The notes: a model not told the origin generated them from the sequence alone. Counted from the first letter of the stretch, positions 1 through 7,922 are shown. The stretch: DNA of 15,631 bases from an uncultured Janthinobacterium sp. (GCA_964658025.1 CAZZXB010000071.1:1-15631); one strand, 5' to 3'. Made by a program: numbers and translations.

Positions 1-102
1 CTCCGCGGAAAACTGCATACCCCGCGGAACCCACGCAGGCCGTTCCGGCTGCGGGTGGCGGGCTGCTTCTTCGCATGCATCAGTTGGTGAGGAGGGCTGC
101 GG

Positions 103-696
103 TTACGCTCGTGCTTGGGGTTTTGGAGACGTGAGGAAACGGGATCCCGGCTCGACGAGCGGCTCGTTCGCGGCACATTGCGGGCAGTCGGACGGGTCGT
201 ACGAGACGGTGGGGACGTCGAGGAGGGCGACGCTCTCCACGCCGAAATCTTGGGGCTCGCGGCGGACGATGATGCCGATGCCGACCGTCGTTGCGCCGGC
301 GGCGGAGACGACGTCGAGGACTTCGCGAACGGAACCGCCCGTCGTCACGACGTCTTCGACGACGACGACGCGATCGTGCGCGTCGAGGGCGAAGCCGCGA
401 CGGAGCGTCGCGATGCCGTTTTCTTTTTCGACGAAGATGGCTTTCGTTCCGAGTTGACGCGCGAGTTCGTAACCGAGCACGATCCCGCCGACGGCGGCGC
501 TGACGACGATCGTCGGCGAGAGCGCGCGGAGCCGTTCGGCGAGATCGCGCGCGACGGATTCGACGAGCGCGGGATCTTCGAGGATGCGAAATTTTTGGAT
601 GAAGCGGTTACTGTGTCGGCCCGAGGAGAGTCGGAAGTGACCTTCGACTAATGCGCCACGCTCGGCGAGCGTCGCGGCGAGCGCGTTAGCGGGCAA
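103..696 (-). CDS. pyrE: Orotate phosphoribosyltransferase (~197 aa, TTG start overlapping the pyrF end)
   Basis: GHFRLSSGRHS, VSAAVGG, IFVEK, LRRGF and PRPP-binding VVVVEDVVTTGGS motifs; C-terminal CPQC..PGSR. ORF track 103..921 trimmed to the in-frame TTG at 696. Confidence 0.95.
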   Translation of the reverse strand: MPANALAATLAERGALVEGHFRLSSGRHSNRFIQKFRILEDPALVESVARDLAERLRALSPTIVVSAAVGGIVLGYELARQLGTKAIFVEKENGIATLRRGFALDAHDRVVVVEDVVTTGGSVREVLDVVSAAGATTVGIGIIVRREPQDFGVESVALLDVPTVSYDPSDCPQCAANEPLVEPGSRFLTSPKPQARA

Positions 697-1414
697 CGGC
701 GTCCATCTCGTCGATGATCGCGCGCGCGGCGGCGACCGGATCGCGCGCTTCGACGATCGGGCGACCGACGACGATGTAGTCGGCACCGGCGCGCACGGCG
801 TCGGCCGGCGTCGCGATCCGCTTTTGGTCGCCGAGCGGCGATCCGGACGGACGGATGCCGGGGCAGAGCGCGGCGAATTCCGTCCCGAAATACGACTTGA
901 GATCGACGACCTCGTTCGCACTGCAGACGACGCCCGCGCAGCGCGCGTCGCGCGCGAGCGCTGCGAGCCGCATCACGTTTTCTCCCGGGCCGCCTTGCAG
1001 GCCGAGCTCGCCGAGCTCCTCGGAGGCGTGGCTCGTGAGCAAGGTGACGGCGAAAATTTCGGGCGGGACTATGCCGAGTTCGGCCGCTCGCTCGTTCGCG
1101 GCGTCGATCGCGGCGAGCATCATGTCGTTTCCGCCGAGCGCGTGGACGTTGATGATGCGTACGCCCGGGCGCACGAGCGCGCGCACGCCGGCCGCGACGG
1201 TGCGCGGGATATCGTGCAATTTCGCATCGACGAAGTACGCCGCTCCGGCCCGTTCCATAAGGGCCGCGACCTCGTTGCCGAAGCCGTAGAGCGCTTCGTT
1301 TCCGACTTTGAACATGACGTCGAGCGTGCCGAGCGCGCCGACGAGTTCGCTCGCGCTCGCGAGCGACGGGACGTCGAGCGCGACGATAAGTTTCGTCTTG
1401 GTGATGACCGACAT
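686..1414 (-). CDS. pyrF: Orotidine-5'-phosphate decarboxylase (~242 aa)
   Basis: LIVALD, FKVG, catalytic DAKLHDIPRT (DxKxxDIxxT), PGIR, GDQKR, VGRPI; adjacent to pyrE. ATG at 1414 preferred over GTG at 1432. Confidence 0.96.
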   Translation of the reverse strand: MSVITKTKLIVALDVPSLASASELVGALGTLDVMFKVGNEALYGFGNEVAALMERAGAAYFVDAKLHDIPRTVAAGVRALVRPGVRIINVHALGGNDMMLAAIDAANERAAELGIVPPEIFAVTLLTSHASEELGELGLQGGPGENVMRLAALARDARCAGVVCSANEVVDLKSYFGTEFAALCPGIRPSGSPLGDQKRIATPADAVRAGADYIVVGRPIVEARDPVAAARAIIDEMDAVAR

Positions 1415-1423
1415 GCACGATGG

Positions 1424-1448
1424 TTTCTGCACCGAACGCCCGCTTCCT
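1424..1448 (-). promoter_or_regulatory. Putative Bacillus-SigH-like promoter of pyrF (AGGA-N17-GAAA-N9-ATG), probably leaderless
   Basis: Minus strand reads AGGA agcgggcgttcggtgca GAAA ccatcgtgc ATG; no SD. The same spacing occurs before the MCC-beta gene. Confidence 0.35.
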
Positions 1449-1471
1449 GAAAACTCATGCTGATTTCAGGA
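1445..1471. promoter_or_regulatory. Perfect 8-bp inverted repeat TCCTGAAA-N11-TTTCAGGA, candidate operator
   Basis: Seen directly in the AT-rich divergent gap between pyrF and the small gene. Confidence 0.4.
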
Positions 1472-1476
1472 TAAAG

Positions 1477-1504
1477 TAAAACGTTTGGGGCGTCCGACCG
1501 TTAT
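1477..1504 (+). promoter_or_regulatory. Putative ECF-type promoter (TAAAAC-N16-CGTTAT) of the small gene
   Basis: AAAC at 1479-1482, 16-nt spacer, CGTT at 1499-1502; same geometry as the promoters at 2385-2437. Confidence 0.4.
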
Positions 1505-1540
1505 AGAGAATGAGACATCTCGGAGAGGAGGACAACCGAA

Positions 1541-1681
1541 ATGGCCGGACTCATGGTTTTCAAATCGTTAGCCGACGCGCTCAGAGCGGGCTTTCAGATT
1601 TACGACCGCACGCAAGATGGCTACCTGGTGCGTACCCGCACCGCAAACGGTTGGGCGATGGCCCTCGTAACCTCGAAATAG
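1541..1681 (+). CDS. Small protein of unknown function, 46 aa (MAGLMVFKSLADALRAGFQIYDRTQDGYLVRTRTANGWAMALVTSK); not in the ORF track
   Basis: Strong SD (GAGGAGGA, ~1525-1532) before ATG 1541, TAG at 1679-1681, terminator immediately downstream, protein-like composition. Confidence 0.8.
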   Translation: MAGLMVFKSLADALRAGFQIYDRTQDGYLVRTRTANGWAMALVTSK

Positions 1682-1698
1682 CGAAGACCGTCTCGCTC

Positions 1699-1735
1699 GA
1701 AAACGGGGACGCACGACGTGCGTCCCCGTTTTCTT
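1699..1735. terminator. Bidirectional intrinsic terminator
   Basis: Perfect 16-bp inverted repeat GAAAACGGGGACGCAC-gac-GTGCGTCCCCGTTTTC with T-tracts on both strands, between convergent genes. Confidence 0.88.
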
Positions 1736-1760
1736 ATCCGTCACCGTCGGCGCGGGGCGC

Positions 1761-2351
1761 TCACGACCGTCGCTCCGGCGGCGACGTCGGCGGGCGCAGT
1801 TCCCGCGTTCCGTCGGGCCGGTACGTGTACGATCCGCCGTCGAACGGCGGCATCGGCGACGGCTCCGAGGCCGGTCCGCCTTGATACGGGGGCGGCGGGG
1901 CTACGTTCCCGTTCGATTCCGGCCGACCGCCGACGGCCGACGAGAACGACTGCAGGATCGAGGGATCGCTCAGGACCGCGAGGCCGGCTTGGGCGATGCC
2001 GATGAACAGCGGGATCAAACCGCCGAGCAATGCGGGTCCGACGTGTTGTAGCCCCGACGAGAGCCCGATCGTCAGCGCCATCCCGATGAACGCGAGGACG
2101 ACGCCCTTGCGGAACTGGGCGCGCGCGGCGAAGGCGGCCGCCTGCTGGCCGTACGGCGGAAAGCCGGGCGGCGGCGGCGCGAACGGGGGCGGTTCCCACG
2201 CGTGAGATCCGCCGGTGGGATACGGCCAGCCGTGTTTGAGCTGCGCCATCCGTTCGCGGTGGCGTAGGACGCGGAAGAGCACGAACGCCGCGAGCGGCCC
2301 TCCGAAAATGACGAGAATCGCGAGCATCGCGACGGCTGTGCTGTCGTCCAC
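1761..2351 (-). CDS. DUF6249-like membrane protein (~196 aa; 3 hydrophobic segments, Pro-rich linker and tail)
   Basis: AGGAGG SD (2358-2363) 6 nt before GTG 2351; TM-RHRERMAQLKHG...FRKGVVLAFIG...GLIPLFIG pattern; divergent from an ECF sigma. Confidence 0.75.
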   Translation of the reverse strand: MDDSTAVAMLAILVIFGGPLAAFVLFRVLRHRERMAQLKHGWPYPTGGSHAWEPPPFAPPPPGFPPYGQQAAAFAARAQFRKGVVLAFIGMALTIGLSSGLQHVGPALLGGLIPLFIGIAQAGLAVLSDPSILQSFSSAVGGRPESNGNVAPPPPYQGGPASEPSPMPPFDGGSYTYRPDGTRELRPPTSPPERRS

Positions 2352-2384
2352 GACGAGCCTCCTAATTGAACGTGACCCCACAGC

Positions 2385-2410
2385 TACGCCCGTCGGGCCT
2401 CCGAGGTTTC
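2385..2410 (-). promoter_or_regulatory. SigW-type ECF promoter of the DUF6249-like gene (GAAAC-N17-CGTA)
   Basis: Reverse complement of GTTTC (2406-2410) and TACG (2385-2388), 17-nt spacer; resembles the B. subtilis SigW consensus TGAAAC-N16/17-CGTA. Confidence 0.65.
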
Positions 2411-2412
2411 GC

Positions 2413-2437
2413 GAAACATGCGACGGTACGCGACGTA
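2413..2437 (+). promoter_or_regulatory. SigW-type autoregulatory promoter of the ECF sigma operon (GAAAC-N16-CGTA)
   Basis: GAAAC 2413-2417, 16-nt spacer, CGTA 2434-2437, 9 nt before the GTG at 2447. Confidence 0.7.
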
Positions 2438-2446
2438 GGTGAGACT

Positions 2447-3028
2447 GTGGTTAGCACGATCGCTGCGGACCCGGAGCCTGTATCCTTGATCGCGACTCCC
2501 TACGGAGACGAGGCTTCCCTCGTCGCTTCCGCCCTCGCGGGCCATCCGGAGGCCTTCGGTACCCTCGTCGAACGCTACGACCGCGCCGTCTACCACCTGT
2601 GCTTACGGACGCTGCGGGACCGCGAAGAGGCCCGCGATTGCACGCAAGAGGCGTTCTTCAAAGCCTATCGCGGCCTACGGACCTTCAAGCCGGACGCGCG
2701 GTTCTCGACCTGGATCTTCTCGATCGCCTACCACGCGTGCTGCGACCGACTCAAGCGACGCAAGCGCTTCAGCGACGCGGAATTCCCCGACCGCGCTGAT
2801 CCCGCACCCGGACCGGCGGCGATCGCCGAAGAACGCGATGCGGCCCAGCTCCTTCGGGCGGCGATCGACGAGCTTCCGGAGAAGTATCGAACGGTCGTCA
2901 CGCTGTACCATCTCCAGGGGAAACAATACGAAGAGATCGCCCGCGTCCTCGACCTTCCGATGGGTACGGTGAAGACGCATCTCTTTCGCGCGAAAGAACT
3001 GTTACGTAAGTATCTGGTGAACCGATGA
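2447..3028 (+). CDS. ECF-family RNA polymerase sigma-70 factor (SigW/RpoE-like, ~193 aa)
   Basis: Region 2 (AFGTLVERY...DCTQEAFFKAY...FSTWIFSIA) and region 4 (LPEKYRTVVTL...YEEIARVLDLPMGTVKTHLFRAK). Start uncertain; GTG 2447 chosen. Confidence 0.93.
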   Translation: MVSTIAADPEPVSLIATPYGDEASLVASALAGHPEAFGTLVERYDRAVYHLCLRTLRDREEARDCTQEAFFKAYRGLRTFKPDARFSTWIFSIAYHACCDRLKRRKRFSDAEFPDRADPAPGPAAIAEERDAAQLLRAAIDELPEKYRTVVTLYHLQGKQYEEIARVLDLPMGTVKTHLFRAKELLRKYLVNR

Positions 3029-3387
3029 CCGACGAACACGACGACCTCGACCGCGCCATCTTCGCACTCCCGCTCGAACCGCCGCCGGCGGGGTTGCGGG
3101 AGTCGATCCTGCGCGTCACGAGCGGCGCGACGATCGCCGCGCGACCGGCGTTCCACACGTGGGAGATCGGGCTCGTCGGTATCGGACTCGCGGTGCTCAC
3201 CTGGCTTCTGGCGACGTTCGTAACGGACCATACCTTCGCGAGCGGCGTCGTCGCGCAAGCGGGCGCGGTGCTCGCCCAACTCGCCGAAACGCGTACCCTC
3301 GCGTGGCTCGTCACCGGCGCCTCGATCGCGTTCTGTCTCTCGCCCGGTAGTCTCGGATTCTTGCGGCCCGGCTCCGACCGCGCGTGA
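3025..3387 (+). CDS. Putative membrane-anchored anti-sigma factor (120 aa, 2 TM)
   Basis: ATGA overlap with the sigma gene; N-terminal LDRAIFALPLEPPPAGLRESILR helix followed by hydrophobic segments. Confidence 0.7.
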   Translation: MTDEHDDLDRAIFALPLEPPPAGLRESILRVTSGATIAARPAFHTWEIGLVGIGLAVLTWLLATFVTDHTFASGVVAQAGAVLAQLAETRTLAWLVTGASIAFCLSPGSLGFLRPGSDRA

Positions 3388-4067
3388 CCGAAGCCGCGTC
3401 CCGACCGTTCAAGATCCTCGTCGTCGAGGACGACGCCCAGATCGTCCGGGTCCTGCGGCTCGAATTCGAGCACGAAGGCTACGTCGTCGATACCGCGAGC
3501 GACGGGCTCGCGGGGCTCGAGAAGGCGCTCAAGGAGCCCGATCTCATCGTGCTCGATCGGATGCTTCCGAAGATGGACGGCATCGAGATCTGTAAGCGCG
3601 TACGCGCGAAGAGTCGCGTACCGATCATCATGCTCACCGCGAAGGACACGATCAAGGATCGCGTCGGCGGTCTCGACACGGGCGCCGACGACTACCTCAC
3701 GAAGCCGTTCTCGATCGAGGAGTTGCTCGCACGCGTCCGAGCGCGGTTACGCGAACGCCACCCGCAGAGCAACGTGCTGGAAGCCAAAGACCTCACGATG
3801 GATCGCGACCGGCACGAAGTCGTTCGCGCGGGACGGACGATCGCGCTCACGACCAAAGAATACGCGTTACTCGAATACTTGCTCTTGCACCGCAACAAGG
3901 TTCACACGCGCGACGAACTCTTCAACGGCGTGTGGGGGAGCGACTTTCTCGGCGACTCGAACCTCATCGACGTCTACATCCGCTACCTCCGCGGCAAGAT
4001 CGACGACGGCTTCGACGATAAGTTGATCGGCACGGTGCGCGGCATCGGATACACGCTTCGCGAGTGA
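3384..4067 (+). CDS. OmpR/PhoB-family response regulator (ArlR/MprA-like)
   Basis: ILVVEDD, LIVLDRMLP (phospho-Asp), MLTAK, GADDYLTKPF; winged helix DVYIRYLR...TVRGIGY. Confidence 0.96.
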   Translation: MTEAASRPFKILVVEDDAQIVRVLRLEFEHEGYVVDTASDGLAGLEKALKEPDLIVLDRMLPKMDGIEICKRVRAKSRVPIIMLTAKDTIKDRVGGLDTGADDYLTKPFSIEELLARVRARLRERHPQSNVLEAKDLTMDRDRHEVVRAGRTIALTTKEYALLEYLLLHRNKVHTRDELFNGVWGSDFLGDSNLIDVYIRYLRGKIDDGFDDKLIGTVRGIGYTLRE

Positions 4068-5482
4068 GATTCCGCTCGCTGCGTTGGCGCATCGCGAGCT
4101 TCTACGCGTTTCTGCTCCTCGTCGTCGTTTCGATCGTGTTCGTCGTCCTCACCGTGCAACTGCGCGCGATCCTTCTCGACGAAGCGCGCGCGAAGGTCGA
4201 CCGCGTGGGTCAGGACATCGCGCAACTCGTGCGCGGCGAGACGGCGCTCTCCGCGATGGGAGCGGCGAACTCGGTCGCGATCGAACTCACGGCGACGGGC
4301 GCCCTCGATCACTGGGCGGGTCCGACGACGTTCGTCGAGATCGATTCGCCCGAAGGCTATCCGATCGCGAAGAGCACGAACATGGGGAGCGCGACGCTCG
4401 CGACGTCGACGATCGAGCGCCCGAAGCCCGTGACGTTCGCGACCGAAAAGGTCGCGAACCTCGGGAGCGTGTTCGTCCGCGACGAAGCGATCCGGTATCC
4501 CGGGGTCGCGCTCATCGTGAAGGTCGGCGAGTCGCTCGACATCTACGACGACACGCTCGGTCGCGTGCGGATCTTACTCGCATTCGTCGTCGCGATCGCG
4601 GCGATCGTCGTCGTCGTCGGATCGTTCGGCATCGCGGCCAGCGCGCTCGAACCGATCGCGCGGCTCGGCGCCGCGATGGGCGAGATCCGCACCGATCGCT
4701 TGAGCCGACGGCTCGGTTGGTCCGAACGTCGCGACGAACTCGGCACGCTCGCGAACACGTTCGACGCCATGCTCGAACGCCTCGAGGACGGCTTCGCGCG
4801 CGAGCGACAATTCATCTCCGACGCATCGCACGAACTCAAGACGCCGCTCACGATCATCAACGCGAACGCACAATTATTGGAACGTTGGGGCAATCGCGAC
4901 GAAACGGTGCGCGCGGAGAGTCTCCGCGCGATCCGCGACGAGAGTTCCGCGCTCGCGAGCATGGTCGGCGGGATGCTCTTACTCGCGCGCGCGGCCTCGG
5001 GCGACGACATCCCGCGGGAACCCGTCTCGCTCGACGCGGCGATCGAAGAGGCCGTCGCGTCGACGAGCGCGCGCGCGCACGAAAAATCCGTCGCGCTCGC
5101 GTTCGAACGGGCGCCCGGCGCGACCGAAGTGCTCGGCGACGCGGGGCTCTTGCGTCAACTCTTCACGAACCTGATCGACAACGCGATCAAGTTCACCGAA
5201 CGCGGACGGATCGACGTCCGCATCGAGCGCGATGCGGAGCACGCGGTCGTGACCGTGGCGGACACGGGGATCGGAATCGACGAAGAGGCGATCGATCGCG
5301 TCTTCGATCGCTTTTTTCGGACCGACGCCTCGCGCGATCGCTCGGTCCCGGGAACCGGCCTCGGCCTCGCGATCGTCCGCAGCATCGCACGGGTCCACGG
5401 CGGCACGGTCGCCGCCGCTCGGCGGCCGACGGGCGGGACCGAGTTTCGCGTCACGCTCCCCACGCTCACGCGCCTCCAATGA
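4064..5482 (+). CDS. HAMP-domain sensor histidine kinase (472 aa)
   Basis: Two TMs around an extracytoplasmic domain, HAMP (DELGTLANTFDAML), H-box ASHELKTPL, N-box NLIDNAIKF, G1 DTGIGI, G2 GTGLGL. Confidence 0.96.
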   Translation: MRFRSLRWRIASFYAFLLLVVVSIVFVVLTVQLRAILLDEARAKVDRVGQDIAQLVRGETALSAMGAANSVAIELTATGALDHWAGPTTFVEIDSPEGYPIAKSTNMGSATLATSTIERPKPVTFATEKVANLGSVFVRDEAIRYPGVALIVKVGESLDIYDDTLGRVRILLAFVVAIAAIVVVVGSFGIAASALEPIARLGAAMGEIRTDRLSRRLGWSERRDELGTLANTFDAMLERLEDGFARERQFISDASHELKTPLTIINANAQLLERWGNRDETVRAESLRAIRDESSALASMVGGMLLLARAASGDDIPREPVSLDAAIEEAVASTSARAHEKSVALAFERAPGATEVLGDAGLLRQLFTNLIDNAIKFTERGRIDVRIERDAEHAVVTVADTGIGIDEEAIDRVFDRFFRTDASRDRSVPGTGLGLAIVRSIARVHGGTVAAARRPTGGTEFRVTLPTLTRLQ

Positions 5483-5514
5483 CGGTCGACGGCCCTCGTC
5501 GTACGCTACGGCAA

Positions 5515-6630
5515 ATGGATCGCTGGCGGCCGCGAGCCGCATGCATCGTATCGGCCCTCGTCTGTACCGCGCTCGCCTGGGGAATCGACGCGACCGCCGC
5601 ACGCGCCGCGGACACGACGGTCGAGGGCGTCGCCGCGCCGATCGTCCGCGTGAACGTCCGGCAGGGCAACGTCGTGATCCGAACCTGGAATCGCGAGAGC
5701 GTGCTCGTGAACGCGGATCCCGCGGTCTCGGTCGAACGGCGTTCGGCCGATCCCGATGCCGACGACGCATCGTTGCTCATTCCGGAGATCGAGGGGAACG
5801 GGCCGCACGGGACGGTGAGCCTTCCCGCCGAGACGTTCGTGATCTCGCCGATCGCGCCGGGCGAACGCGAACTCGTGCTCGTCCGCTCGCTCTCGCCGAC
5901 CGATGTGGGCACGGTCACCGTCACCGTGCCCGCGGATGCCGCGTTCGTCTTCGCGCGCGCGGCGCACGGCTACGTCCGCGCGAGCCACTATCGCGCCGGC
6001 ACCTTCGTCGCCTTCGCGGCGCACGGTCGGATCGCGCTCGAGGACATCGGGGGCACGGCGTTCGTCCAGACCGCGCGCGGGCCGATCGTCGTCAGCGACT
6101 CGCATCTCGACCGCGTCCGCGCGCGCTCGCTCTTCGGAAACGTCACGTTCGAGCGTTGCGACGTCCGCCAGATCGAGACGACGACGATCGAGGGATCGAT
6201 CGTCTACGATGCGGGCACGTTCGCTCCCGGGCTCGCGCGCTTCGAGTCGACGACGGGAAACGTCGCGATCGGCGTCTCCGACGGCGCGCGGCTCGGCGGT
6301 CACACGGCCGAAACCGGTCACGTCTTCACGGATTTCGGACCCGGCGCGCACGTGGATGCGAGCGATCGCGACGCGCAGGCCGTCGTCTCGGGCGGCGGTC
6401 CGCTCGTGACGGCGACGAGCTCGAGCGGCAACGTCTATCTCTACGACGGGTCGCTGCGCGCGAAAGACCGGCCGTCTCCCGCGTGGCGCGCGCCCACGGC
6501 GACGTTACGTCGCGCGCCCGATCCGCGCGAGCGACCGTCCGATCTGCGCGAGCGGGCGCCCGCCGACCCCGCACGGCCGCCCGCGTTCGCACGCCCGCTC
6601 CAGGCGCTACCGCGCTCCCGACCCCGCTGA
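5515..6630 (+). CDS. Secreted beta-strand-repeat protein (DUF4097/adhesin-like); alternative start at 5479
   Basis: 3' part of ORF 4084..6630; signal-peptide-like N-terminus (..TAARA-ADT); repeated [TS]xxGx[IV] strands (TARGPI, SLFGNV, TIEGSI, STTGNV, SSSGNV); Pro/Arg-rich tail. Confidence 0.72.
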   Translation: MDRWRPRAACIVSALVCTALAWGIDATAARAADTTVEGVAAPIVRVNVRQGNVVIRTWNRESVLVNADPAVSVERRSADPDADDASLLIPEIEGNGPHGTVSLPAETFVISPIAPGERELVLVRSLSPTDVGTVTVTVPADAAFVFARAAHGYVRASHYRAGTFVAFAAHGRIALEDIGGTAFVQTARGPIVVSDSHLDRVRARSLFGNVTFERCDVRQIETTTIEGSIVYDAGTFAPGLARFESTTGNVAIGVSDGARLGGHTAETGHVFTDFGPGAHVDASDRDAQAVVSGGGPLVTATSSSGNVYLYDGSLRAKDRPSPAWRAPTATLRRAPDPRERPSDLRERAPADPARPPAFARPLQALPRSRPR

Positions 6631-6661
6631 TCGCGCGACGGCGAGAACGTCCGAGCGCTCG

Positions 6662-7099
6662 CTACAACAGGAACTTGCGCATGACGGCGACGTCGAGCTT
6701 CCAGGTGTGTTGTGGGAGGATCGCCTCGATCTTGTAGCCGCAGGCTTCGAAGAAACGTTGCGCCGCCGAATCTTTCCAGACCTCGAGCGTCACCTTGTGG
6801 CAGTTGTAGTAATTAGCGAGCGTCTCGGCGCGGGCGACGAGCGCGCGACCGATCCCGCGGCGCCGTTCGTCCGGAGCGACGGCGACGAGCGCGACGCGCG
6901 CGAGCGAGGCCGCGATCTCGAGGCCGAGCGCGCCGACCGTCCGACCGTCCGCGGTCGCGGCGAGTTCGTGGTTCTGATCGTGCCAGACGACGCGAAAGCC
7001 CCACGCTTCCGAGAGCGCGTCGCGTTCGTGCGCGCGCCGGAACTCGGCGGTACGCCCCGGCTCGACGACGTCGATCTCGAACGGAGGCGCCTCACGCAC
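6662..7099 (-). CDS. GNAT-family N-acetyltransferase (145 aa)
   Basis: Motif A VAVAPDERRRGIGRAL and motif B AQRFFEACGY; overlaps the stop of the upstream MBL gene. Confidence 0.92.
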   Translation of the reverse strand: MREAPPFEIDVVEPGRTAEFRRAHERDALSEAWGFRVVWHDQNHELAATADGRTVGALGLEIAASLARVALVAVAPDERRRGIGRALVARAETLANYYNCHKVTLEVWKDSAAQRFFEACGYKIEAILPQHTWKLDVAVMRKFLL

Positions 7100-7916
7100 C
7101 CGCGGTCGCCGCCGCGATCGCGGTCGTGCAATCGAGCGTCCATCCGTCGCGGGCGGCGAACACGCGAAACCCGAGTTCGTCTTCGAGTTCTTGGGCGAGC
7201 GCGTCGGGATCTCGTTCGAGCATCTTCGTGCTGAAGTGCGTCATCACGCCGACCTTCGGTCGCACGACCGAAAAGATATGCCGCGCCTCGTCGAAATTGA
7301 GGTGGTCGACCTTCATCGAATCGCGATATCGCAACACGTTCATCACGAGGACGTCGGGTCGGTGCGCCGCGTAGTCCTCGGCGAGGCCTTCGAAATAACG
7401 ACCGCAGGGGAGATAGGAGAACGTCGTACCGCGATAACGGAAGTGCATCCCGAACGTCTCGACGCCGTGGAGATGCCGGACCGACGTGCGGATCTCGACG
7501 TCGTTGACGGAGAACGGACCGCTCCGTTCCGCGAGGATGTGATGGACCGGCACGAAGCGGGCGGCGTACGGAAAGATCACCGCCTCGCCCTCGAAGGCAT
7601 CGAGCGGCGCGAGGAGCGCCCCACGACGCGCGAATCCGCCCGTCGTCATCGCCTCGATCATCACGTTCACGTCGCCCGCATGATCGAGATGCTTGTGCGA
7701 GAGCGCGATCGCGTCGAGTTCGGTCGGATCGCACGGCGGCACGGCCGACGTCGCCCGTACGAGCGCGCCCGGCCCCGGATCGAGGTGGATCTGCGTCACG
7801 GGACCCGTTTCGCCCGGATCCGGCGAGAAACGCAACCACATCCCGCCGGAGGCACGGATCTGTTTGGCGACGACGAACCGGGCGCCGCCGGTTCCCAAAA
7901 AACGAACGGAGATCAC
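7092..7916 (-). CDS. MBL-fold metallo-hydrolase (PhnP/RNase Z-like branch, 274 aa)
   Basis: FLGTGG, DPGPG, SHKHLDH (HxHxDH), HGVETFG, MTHF. Confidence 0.92.
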   Translation of the reverse strand: MISVRFLGTGGARFVVAKQIRASGGMWLRFSPDPGETGPVTQIHLDPGPGALVRATSAVPPCDPTELDAIALSHKHLDHAGDVNVMIEAMTTGGFARRGALLAPLDAFEGEAVIFPYAARFVPVHHILAERSGPFSVNDVEIRTSVRHLHGVETFGMHFRYRGTTFSYLPCGRYFEGLAEDYAAHRPDVLVMNVLRYRDSMKVDHLNFDEARHIFSVVRPKVGVMTHFSTKMLERDPDALAQELEDELGFRVFAARDGWTLDCTTAIAAATAGA

Positions 7917-7922
7917 GGCGTG

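Noticed and set aside
170..185. CPQC motif at the PyrE C-terminus as a novel metal site
   Set aside because: A C-terminal CPxC..PGSR tail is a familiar feature of this PyrE subfamily.
1510..1884. 124-aa ORF on the plus strand
   Set aside because: No SD, runs through the terminator into the opposite gene; the 46-aa ORF in another frame has the RBS.
5451..5471. CACGCTC direct repeat as a response-regulator box upstream of the DUF4097-like gene
   Set aside because: The 9-bp spacing is explained by the coded TLPTLT, and OmpR-type boxes usually repeat at 10-11 bp.
4084..5478. 848-aa ORF 4084..6630 as one protein or a kinase fusion
   Set aside because: The first ~465 codons are an Arg-rich shadow frame of the kinase; only the part from 5479/5515 is protein-like.
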